NCBI RefSeq assembly: GCF_964355755.1
Contig: NC_092678.1
Span: 13,018,352-13,082,351, forward strand
Length of the DNA stretch: 64,000 nt
Direction: 5' to 3'
Origin: Antedon mediterranea
Lineage: Eukaryota; Animalia; Echinodermata
Positions 35,947 through 47,800 of the stretch are shown piece after piece. Made by a program: the position numbers and the translations under genes. Each line of letters begins with the position of its first letter. The first letter of the stretch is position 1. The notes below the pieces were generated by a model, which was given only the letters and a program-made list of their open reading frames with translations, did no database searches and was not told where the DNA came from.

Positions 35947-37349
35947 GAGATAGATCAGGTAGGTATCCAAGGCGGAGATTACATCTGAGATAGATCAGGT
36001 AGGTATCCAAGGCGGAGATTACATCTGAGATAGATCAGGTAGGTATCCAAGGCACAGATTACATCTGAGATAGATCAGGTAGGTATCCAAGGCAGAGATT
36101 ACATCTGAGATAGATCAGGTAGGTATCCAAGGCAGAGATTACATCGGAGATAGATCAGGTAGGTATCCAAGGCAGAGATTACATCTGAGATAGATCAGGT
36201 AGGTATCCAAGGCAGAGATTACATCTGAGATAGATCAGGTAGGTATCCAAGGCAGAGATTACATCTGAGATAGATCAGGTAGGTATCCAAGGCAGAGATT
36301 ACATCTGAGATAGATCAGGTAGGTATCCAAGGCAGAGATTACATCTGAGATAGATCAGGTAGGTATCCAAGGCAGAGATTACATCTGAGATAGATCAGGT
36401 AGGTATCCAAGGCAGAGATTACATCTGAGATAGATCAGGTAGGTATCCAAGGCAGAGATTACATCTGAGATAGATCAGGTAGGTATCCAAGGCAGAGATT
36501 ACATCTGAGATAGATCAGGTAGGTATCCAAGGCAGAGATTACATCTGAGATAGATCAGGTAGGTATCCAAGGCAGAGATTACATCTGAGATAGATCAGGT
36601 AGGTATCCAAGGCAGAGATTACATCTGAGATAGATCAGGTAGGTATCCAAGGCAGAGATTACATCTGAGATAGATCAGGTAGGTATCCAAGGCAGAGATC
36701 AGGTAGGTATCCAAGGCAGAGATTACATCTGAGATAGATCAGGTAGGTATCCAAGGCAGAGATTACATCTGAGATAGATCAGGTAGGTATCCAAGGCAGA
36801 GATCAGGTAGGTATCCAAGGCAGAGATTACATCTGAGATAGATCAGGTAGGTATCCAAGGCAGAGATTACATCTGAGATAGATCAGGTAGGTATCCAAGG
36901 CAGAGATTACATCTGAGATAGATCAGGTAGGTATCCAAGGCAGAGATCAGGTAGGTATCCAAGGCAGAGATTACATCTGAGATAGATCAGGTAGGTATCC
37001 AAGGCAGAGATTACATCTGAGATAGATCAGGTAGGTATCCAAGGCAGAGATTACATCTGAGATAGATCAGGTAGGTATCCAAGGCAGAGATCAGGTAGGT
37101 ATCCAAGGCAGAGATTACATCTGAGATAGATCAGGTAGGTATCCAAGGCACAGATTACATCTGAGATAGATCAGGTAGGTATCCAAGGCAGAGATTGAGA
37201 TAGATCAGGTAGGTATCAAAGGCACAGATTACATCTGAGATAGATCAGGTAGGTATCCAAGGCAGAGATTACATCTGAGATAGATCAGGTAGGTATCAAA
37301 GGCACAGATTACATCTGAGATAGATCAGGTAGGTATCCAAGGCAGAGAT
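35941..37349. repeat. 40-bp tandem satellite (ACATCTGAGATAGATCAGGTAGGTATCCAAGGCAGAGATT)n, ~1.4 kb
   Basis: About 35 nearly identical head-to-tail units with no spacers. Four units carry the same 16-bp deletion. Confidence 0.97.
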
Positions 37350-38253
37350 TTGTACCAAAGTTGTTCCATTGTGCTCGCCTATGTCAGAATTAACCATAAT
37401 TTATAAATAGATGCGCTTAATGTGCTGTTGCGGCATTAATAAAACATACTTAAAGCAAACTGTCGTTGAAAAAATAGTCAATTAAACCGTTAGTGGTTAG
37501 CAAAGAACAAATTATTCAATGCATAAGGACGTTTATTATTGTTTATATAACAATTTGTGGTTTCAAATATTTCCTTTTTAGGTTATTTACATCAAGAGAG
37601 ACCTACCACCACCGGCACAAGTGTTTTGTTTTATTAAGAGTTGTCACCATATACCAATGCAAGTACATCCTAGTAATGAGAAACTTATCGGTTTCGGACT
37701 AACAATAATATTTAACGGAAGTTATTCAGCACTGTTGTTCCATCGATATCGTTATTATTGTTAAAGTGGCGTTATCGTATCAATACAATAGCTGATAAAT
37801 ATTGTAAATATAATACATAATATCAACTTACAAGATTCGTACTGCTTGTTAATCATATGCCATATATGTAGTAGTTGAGGCGGAAGAATACATGTCGTAC
37901 AATCGATGACTGGTTCACAGGACCACACTGAGAACCCTAACCTCATTCTATTCCTGATTGGAATTTTCCACAATATACGTACGTTTTGATAACTCTTAAA
38001 TCGATATTTGTTAGACACGTTACATAGTCTATATACTACTGATAATGTGTTTTTGATCAATTTTATAAAATGATTAAATGATTGAATTGTTTTTTTGGTT
38101 ACTTTTGTTTCCTTTTTTTTCCTTGCTCGGGAAAGTTGCGGATGTTTGCACAAACGTAGTTGAGTTCAAGTAGAAATTGTGGTCGGAAGTGAAAATGACA
38201 AACTGCCAAGTTTTAATTATTTCTGGACTTACCTTATCGCTTCCTAACAATAC

Positions 38254-38365
38254 ATTGGCATTTTCAAATGCTATTGGCTATTCAAAATAAATCTATAATC
38301 TGAACTTGGCTATAAAACTAAAGATAGAGAAATGATTTGCTGTCTGTAGGCCTGCTTCTTAGAAG
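38254..38365 (+). promoter_or_regulatory. Putative core promoter and short non-coding first exon of gene B
   Basis: Two inverted CCAAT boxes (ATTGG at 38254 and 38273), TATAAAA at 38311, and a strong donor AAG|GTAAGT after 38365. The ATG exon at 38861 is directly preceded by an acceptor TTTAG, so an upstream exon is expected. Confidence 0.55.
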
Positions 38366-38860
38366 GTAAGTATGGTAACTGTCAACTTGCTTTATATCAT
38401 TATTATCTTCTAATAAAAACTAGTCTACTTGTCTACAAGACGATTATTACTTATATTTGTAGCTCATAATTTAGCAATAGTTAGGATTTAAGCTAGTGTT
38501 CTAAACGATAATATTTGCCCAGTATATAACCATTTGGTAATACAGCATCTTATGTGCATCATACGTGGCGTATCATAAGGGTTAGGTATGGTATATGATA
38601 CTAGGAGATGTGAAACAGATCTTATGATTCAGGAGAAAACTGAATGCAGTACCGAGAAACAGGTGCAGGCAATGACTTAAAAGGTGAGGTTCCGTCTATA
38701 CAGACGGTACGGTATCAAGTTTTAGCGCCTTTTTATACTTCCAGATATACAAAGAGACCCATTTAGTAAAGTGTTTTCGTCAACACGTGTGTGCAATTCA
38801 GTTACGCTGAAAGATAGAGAGTATTTACCCAAATACTTAATTTTGTGTCTTTGTATTTAG

Positions 38861-41800
38861 ATGGAAATGGATGCATATTTTGCTTTGGTGTTGGTGCTGA
38901 TCGCCAGCTGGTTAGTAAATGATACCAGTGCTGCGTCAGCTTTCCTTACCATGAAACGCAATTCTTTTGACGAAATCGAAAAAACTTTGGAAGTAAGTAA
39001 TTTTGTATACAATTAACTTTTATCATCATAATCATTATGTTGTTATCATTTATTTATCAATCGAATAAAATAACTCTTAAATTAATTAATTTACTCTGTT
39101 AAACATTAGTAAACTTATAATCTAACCATGTCGAAGATGAAACACTACTACCAAAAAATAAATAAATAATAAGTTAAGCTAGAAACAGATTCTGATGGTT
39201 TTATTTAATCAGTTTGTACTACAGCAAAGATTATTTGTAGTCACTGTATTCAAAGTTATTTTGAGCAATTAAAGCAAGGCAAAATTGTGTTTTAAATTTG
39301 CATTACAGAGAGTGGAAAGAGATGTAGACTCTGCAACACACGTAAGTTAATAAATTGTATTATTACAACTAAAACTTATAGTTTTGATATTCTGCATTGA
39401 ATATATAAACATATAACTTAATTATTTGACACTGAAATAATATTGTAATATTATTAGGAATTAATTAGAAAAAAACAGTCTAACTCGCTAGGAAAAAAAA
39501 TTGTCCTACAATATACAAGTAATGTTGCTGATTATAAAAATGAAAATTGAATTTAAACTAAAAAATAGTTTAATACATGAAACAGGTGTTACCCTTTTAC
39601 CCTCAATTACCTTTACTATTGTTTATTTATTATTTTGCCACCATTTAGGTCGGTAATTTTAATTTCAATAGTTGTTGCTGTTATTATATCTACCGATACA
39701 GTGAAACACAACCCTTTAACCTTTTTTTCAAAGCTGAATTGGTCTTCATATTATTTGACAGAGTTTGTAATTTTTGTTTAACCTATGTTTGGTGTTTTTC
39801 AATCTTTTTTATTTAACAACATATTTATACAGGATTATACACAATCAAGTAGAAATATACCTGTTTTGCATTGTGGTCCTTTCAACAAAAAAGTTACAAA
39901 TACATTTAATAAAAATAGCAATAAAAAAATAAAATTTTCAGAATAAGCAGTTATAAAACGAAGATTCATTTTACTCTAACACCCAGTTTAATCAATTTTT
40001 TTACAGATCAAGCCTGAAATCACTAAATTAAATGTAAGAAGTTCTGTGACTTCTAGGTTTTCTAGCACTACAGTCACCAGTGTTTTGATGAATCATGCCG
40101 AAACCGCAGCGGAAGCTGTATTTATTTTCACTCTACCAGAGGAAGCTTTTATTGCAAACTTTTCAATGTATGTTACTGTATGTATATATTATAATTCTAT
40201 AACAATGCAACTATAAAATTAATTATTCTGATTCATTTATAACACGATTATTAATCTATTAATACATGTCACACATTAATTTGCCTTCGAAGGTGTGGTC
40301 AGCAATCTTCTGACGACAAGTACAGACAATGACAATCAGCTAAATTCATTTGTAATTTTATTTACAGTATATCTGCCTGTCATGAACCATAATAAATTTT
40401 CCCGTATAGTGCTCGCAGTAAACCACGAATACAAACATTGTTCCTATGTATACCATGTATGCATTATGTCATTCAATAATATCAATCAAGCATAACGGAT
40501 TGTAATTAGCGACATCACACTGCAATTAACTCGGTTTAATGTAATGCAGTACATTGTACAATAATATATTTGAGATTTCTTGTATGTACATTATGTATGT
40601 AGTTATGTTTTAATACCGGTTTTGCAAGTACGAATCTAGAGATGAGTAAACATGTACGTTTATTACTCTTACATCCTCTATGTTTACCGGTGTACATGTG
40701 TTAATGAACAAGCTTGCAACAATCGGTAAATAAATGTTTGTCATAGACATATACAATGTTAACTATTGTGTGTATTTAATTACTTAATTATTGATGACCA
40801 CGCTTTTGGTTTACAACTTTTAGGGAAATTGATGGAGTTGTATATCCAGCAGAAATAAAAGAAAAGGAAGTGGCTTCACAAATATATCAAGAAGCCAGAA
40901 GTAAAGGTCAAAGTGCAGCGCAAGTAAAGCAAAAGTAGGTTTAATTAGGGTGTCTAGAAAACTCAGATCTAGAAAACTCAGATCTCAGATATATCTGACT
41001 TTTCTAGATCTAGAAAACTCAGATATCAATATCTGACTTTTCTAGTTCTAAAATGGAACTAGAAAACTCAGATCATCATTTGATTGGTTGGTAGGTCATT
41101 TGGATAATTCCATTATTAATCAGCGGGTAGGTTATTTGAGATACTAGAGTATTATTAAAACTGATTACTGTGTACGTTTTCTTACTAATATTGTAACATG
41201 TAAAAGCGGCCTACGGCTTAAATCACAAAGAAAATACAGTGCATGTTACCGTTAAAATATAGGCTTAAAAATGAGGCATATACAAGTTGGTGTGGGTACG
41301 AGTTGGTTGAGGTACGAGTTAGCCAAGTTGGGAATAAGTACGAGTTATTTTCGGTACGAGTTGACCACTTCTAAATCTAGTACTGTAAGACCAGGCCTAC
41401 TCTTCGCGATACATCGCGATAGCGCCCACACGTTGAGCCTTGAATTGAGTTTGCTTAGCTAGGCCTAAATGCTAAGCCTACATTTTAACAGGTGTATACT
41501 GTATTTCTTTATGATTTAAGTCGCAGGCTGCTACTACAAGTTACAATAATTATTATTAGTAAGAAAACGTATAATACTGTGTAGTATTTCAAATATGCTA
41601 CCCCCTAATAATAATGGAAAAACCCATTTGATCTAGTTCCATTTTGGATATTTACTCAGATATTGATATCTGAGTTTTCTAGATCTAGAAAAGTCAGATA
41701 TCTGAGTTTTCTAGATCTAGAAAACTCAGATATATCTGAGATCTGAGTTTTTTAGACACCCGTTTAATTAGTAGTACTATATAAAAATAACATACATGGT

Positions 41801-44800
41801 GTTTAATGTTTATTCAATAATTAAAAGCTTAAATCAACTCAACCTAGCTCAACTGATGGAACTAAAAGCAACTAAGCTTATGTCGACTTTGTGCCTGTCA
41901 GTTGCAGTTAATTGAGTTGTGTTCAGTTGCTTAAAGCGCTTATTTTGAAACAGTTGAGTTGAGTTCAATGTCGACATAAGGGCACCTTGAAGAAAACTCA
42001 CTTATCACTATTCATTCTAATACTTGAACAGTGATCGATGTTTATTTAATAATGAATGGCTTACAAGCAGCTTTTTGTAATCGGCCGACCGAATAAATGA
42101 AATTCAAATTAAAAGCTAAAAAAAAAGGTATAGAAATACAGTAAAAATCGTATCATTGTGTAGATCGGAAAAAGATTTCACAGTATCCGTAAATGTAGCC
42201 AAGAAAAGCTTTGTCACGTTTGAATTGATCTACCAAGAGATGCTGAGACGTAAGCTTAGTTACTTTGAGCATGTAACAAGTGTTCGCCCGGGACAGGTTA
42301 GACATATATTTCTTTTAGTTATAAATTACAACAAACTGATTAACATTAAAAAAAATACATGATCCTTTGCATTTGAGCATTTTATTTATCCACTATTTAA
42401 GTAATTATAATAAAGATTTTAAAGCATTTGTGTTACTAAATGTTTAGGTTGTAAAGGAAATGAGCGTAGAAGTGGTGATTATTGAGGTGCAGGGCTTGTT
42501 GGAAGTGAATTCAAGTTGGGTCGAACGTCGCGATAATGGAGACGAAGAAACAAAACAAGATGTTGGCGAAATACAGCTTCAAGATAGAAATACCAAAGCT
42601 GTATTAAGATATGCACCGACTATCGACGAACAACGTCAGGAATCGGAGAATGGAATTCAAGGATACTTTATTATACGATACGATGTTGAACACCCCAAAA
42701 CTGGAGGTGAATTTCAGGTAAAGAAACATTTACTTTTATCAAACAAAGAAACGAATTATCTTTTGTGGGTTCAGCTCACCTTCATTAATATACACATTAT
42801 TATTTATTATAATAATAACATAATAACAATTATAAATTAATATCATTGTAGTAAACAGTAAATTATAACTGTAATAAAACAATGTAATATACAGATATAT
42901 TTATATAAATACATGACAATATTTCATAATAGATGTATCTAGTAGGCCTACAATGATTAATCTTACTTGACAAACAAATGTTCTTATTATTTTGTACGTA
43001 TATATTTTTACATAATTTGTTTGTACATTATCATACATAATTATTATAAAAATGTCTTGATGTACTAGATGAGAAGAAAATTGCATGCACTTGTTAACGA
43101 AACTAACTTATTGAGAGGCATTATCGATTCAAATTCCACAGGCCCTTATAGGCCTACATCCCATTCGTAAACATCAAATTAGTAATTGATCGCTAGAAAC
43201 ATCGGTATCATAAACAAAATGAAATTATACAGTTTGGTCTTACCTTATCTCTCTTATTGCGATATATCCTGAGCCATAACTATTGGTAATTTTCTATTTT
43301 GTGCTCATGGGAAAGCTTTAAGATTTTGCGCATCTGCTTCTTTTAAATCCCACACTAAATCTTTGTTTCATAAACATAATGTCCTTAATGTTTGCTCCGT
43401 TTACATCGGTCCATGTTACCCTATCAATTCGCCTCACTATTTTCTAAACCTCTTCACAGCCACAACACAAGGTCTGTCACAAAACCTACATTACTAGTTT
43501 ACTTACTACCTGAAATCTTGATGTCGCGCGCTCCATCTTATAAAATATTGCGGTTCCAAACCTTGACATTTGGTGCAATTACCTCTCATAAACAGACCAT
43601 CAATTTCTAGTTTTAAACATAATAATAACCTTAAAAATACCCTGATCTTGGAATATGGCAACTAATTTTATTTTTATTTTTTGCTTGTTTTAAATCCTAT
43701 AATACTTACGTTTTAAGTATTTTATTTTTTGAAAATTATATATTTCATGTGCTTGTTGCCTGAATATCTTCGACTGTCAGGTGTTTCGCTTTCTCCTTTC
43801 TCTTCTTTTATTATTATACTATTATAATCATGTAGTGTGTTATTTTCTGCCTAAGTTTTTATTACTGTAAACTTTAATTATTTCTTGGAGCCTATGCGTA
43901 AAGTTAAACGTATCTAGGCTTTCTTCCACACATACTATGTTTTTAATTACTATAATAGTAGAATTATTATTAATACGTTATTTATATGTGTTGAGAATAT
44001 AATAAATAAACGAAAAACGTTTGCAAATAAACTAGAATAAATGATCCTCACAAATATTTCCCGTATCAATTACCATTTTAACATTTTCCTAAATGTTTTG
44101 ACTAATCAGCCTCAGTTCATTAAAATAATAATATAGATATAGAAGAACGTTTCTACTAAAACAGTTATAGAATAGTTACTTATCGACTTCTAGCCAAGCG
44201 AACAATACGTGAATACTTTAATAAATTAAATGGATAGACAAAGGAGAAGGGTTTTATCACCTTCCTTAAACAGTGTGCAAATACAATTTTGAAAGTCGTT
44301 ATAATATAATTGCTTGTCTCTTATTTTGTCTTGCATCAAGTCCAAAACGCATATTATTATCCAACATTTTATTTCAGATTGTGAATGGTTATTTTGTTCA
44401 TTACTTTTCACCTGAAGGACTGCCAGCGGTTCGTAAGAATGTTGTGTTTGTTATTGATGTCAGTGGATCAATGTCTGGACGGAAGATTCAACAAACCAAG
44501 CAAGCTATGTTCACAATTTTGGATGACTTGAGAGAAATCGACTTCTTTAATATTGTTAAATTTAACAGCGAGATAATAAAATGGCAAAGTAGTTTGAAAC
44601 GAGCAAGTCCTGAAAATATCGGAAGTGGAAAGAAATTTATAGATTTGTTGCGCGCACATGGAGGTAGGAATAAAACGTACTACTTAATAGCATAGTTTCA
44701 ATTGCGGGGGCGGTCTATACGAGGCAATACGATACTAACAACATACATAATAGTTACGTTAATTGTATAACAATGCAATAAATAGAAAGGATAAGAAAAA

Positions 44801-47800
44801 TATTAGTTTTCATATTTTTTTTCAAAAAGAAAAAGATTAAGATTTGTTTTATTTTATCAGTATAATTAATTAATAATGTTATTATCTTATGCCTAATCAT
44901 TTCTGTATTTCTGTTAACAATCAGTGTAATTTCCTTTCTCAAAGTGCTTAGAAAAAAAAACAATGATTGTTAAATAGGCCTAAATCAGTGATTGGAAAAC
45001 TAGAGAAAGGAAATTACACTGTAAGTATGTGTTTTGTAAGTCTGACCTAATTTATCATTATTTTCCAGCAACAAACTTACATGGTGGTCTAATGGAAGGC
45101 ATCGAATTACTACATGCAGGTAGTGACAACAGTGGTGTTTCTATGGTTGTGATGCTTACCGATGGATTACCTACATCTGGAGTGACTTCATTTGGAAGAA
45201 TACAAACCGATGTAAAACAAGCAATAAAAGGAAACTGTTCTCTGTTTAACATTGGATTTGGAGATTATGTTGACTATTCATTTCTTGAAACGTTAGCGCT
45301 TCGAAATGACGGTCTGGCAAGAAAGATTTACGACGACTCATATGCAAGCATTCAGCTGAAAGGATTCTTTGACGAAGTTTCAACTCCACTCCTCCATAAC
45401 ATTGTTTTTAACTACCCAGAACATTTGGTAGAAATTAACAGCGTAACGCAGACTAAGTTTTCTAATTACTTTGAAGGAACTGAGATTGTTGTAAGTGGAA
45501 AATTGAAACCATCAAATATAAACGACATACTCGATGTAACGATTGCTGCAAACTCTCTGGACGTTCATTTAGAATTTCCACTTACTATTGACACAGAGGT
45601 ACGTTAGTCTTCATCATCTTGTTACTGTTATTGTATTGGTTTTACAAATACAATTAATATTAATACCACGTTAATTCAAATACAAATCCAAACTAACAAC
45701 AATTTCTCATTTAGTGATCATTTATAATTGGCTGAGTAATGAAACCATTATTATCTATATAGTTTAGTCAAATGTTCGCGTTATTAGGATTTTAATACCG
45801 GTATTACGATCAAAACCGGTATTACTATCAAAACTGGTATTTACGATTAAAACCGGTATTTACGATAAACAAAATAAATTTGAGAAAATAATTACAATAT
45901 GGGTTTGTAATATAATGCTGGATTCTGCTTCTTCTGCATCCGCAAATGTTCTTAAGTGGACGACGTATAATTAGAAATAATAGGCATTTACTATGCTACA
46001 ATAATAATAATAACACCCTATTAAAATATTAATTTTCAGCCAAAAGTAGAAATTCTCAGTGAGGATGCGGTTGATGATTTTGCTCAGCGACTGTGGGCCT
46101 ACTTGTCAATCAAAGAACTTCTACAAAAAAGAAACATCAGCGACAATCAATCAGAAAGAGATGATCTGAAAGATAAGGCTCTGCAATTGTCACTTGAATA
46201 CCATTTTGTTACTCCATTGACGTCACTCATTGTGGTAAAACCGGAAAATGGAAATTCAAGTAAAATAGCAAAACAAGCTCAACAACCAATACGTAAGAAA
46301 ATAGTTAAATCAATATTATCATTTATGTCAGTTGCAAGAGAGGTTCATTCTTTCTTTTTTTAATAAAGCGGTAACATTCCTATATAATTTACACACATTT
46401 AGTCGCGTTTAGCTCACTATGTCGGTCGGTGGGTCGGTAAACACTAACTCAAATTTGAGGACGCAACTGCAGCCTTCTATATGGTCTTGTTTGGAATATT
46501 AAAATACCAGTGATCATTATTTTGAAGGTTTGCATGGCGGAATCAAGGATACAATTTGGTTTACGCCACGTAGTTCTGGAAAGAACCATTGAGTTGCTTA
46601 ACGCAACAGTTCTTTATGAATTTATTTCAACAAAGATCATTATGTTTTTATAAATATTAGGCATATACTGTTATTTATTGTATTAACTGATGAAGAACTT
46701 CTTTGAAAATAGTAAATTTTCCATATACTAAGAAAAAAATTGTAACATGGTTTAAAATTTGACTTCCTCTGTGTAGTTTTGCATGATTTGTAATAAAATG
46801 ATGTATTAAAACAATCACAACATACCCTTAAATACGTTTATATACAGGAAAATCGTCTGGTGCTGGTTCTTCTGCTTCTTCTGCATCCGCAAGTGTTCCT
46901 TATAGAAGTGGACGACGTAAGTTTAAAACGAATTTATTATGAGCAAAATCTATTCTACATATAAACAAATTGTAATTCTACTATTTGCTGCTGATTTTCA
47001 AGAATATATCCTAGTATTCTAATGTTGTTTAAATTGTAATAACTAGATGGCACGCTCGCTTCGCTCGCGTACCATCTAGGTCGTGCCCACAGATGGTTCT
47101 CGAATACACAGTATTTTCCAGCGAGAAAAAAAATTGAGATTTCAAATGCACGTACTGCAGGACTATAATACATTGTCGTTTACAGAAACGAATAAATATA
47201 CACGATGATTTATGTAGTCAGCTAAAATTAGCACCCTGAGAATTACTTCCGAGAGAGAAACAAAATCAGTCCAATTTGTGTTTTGTATGTAACATTAAGG
47301 GTTGAGGGAGGGGGGAAGAAGATAGGTACAAAGAAGAAACATTTTAAAATATCTTATCCACTCAGTAACGAAATATTGTTTTTAATGTTTTATAGGCCTA
47401 TAAATAATATACCACTAAATACAGTAAAATTGTCATTGTGACTTCGTGGAGAGCGGACGCGTTTTGGATTCGCTCCGCTAAGCTGCTAACTCCATGTAAA
47501 TTGAGCAGCGGGTAATATGAATACCTAAACCTCCACGCCCAGGTGAGGCATGCATGCAATAGTTACCGAGCACGCTAAACATACTGAAGATACAATTGTA
47601 CTGAAGGATAACTAATCGAATACAATATGGCAACAAAAACTAGATCAAAAGCGGACAGTGAAGACAAGTTGGACACAATTATAGGGAAACTAAAGAAACT
47701 GGAAATACTCGACGCCATTAACGAAAGGCTTGTCATTTTGGAAGAGGACTTCAAAAACATGTGGCAGAAGGTTAGGGATATGGAAGCATCCCAAGAATCA

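Noticed and set aside
35941-37349. CRISPR array
   Set aside because: Units are head-to-tail with no unique spacers, there are no cas genes, and the context is eukaryotic.
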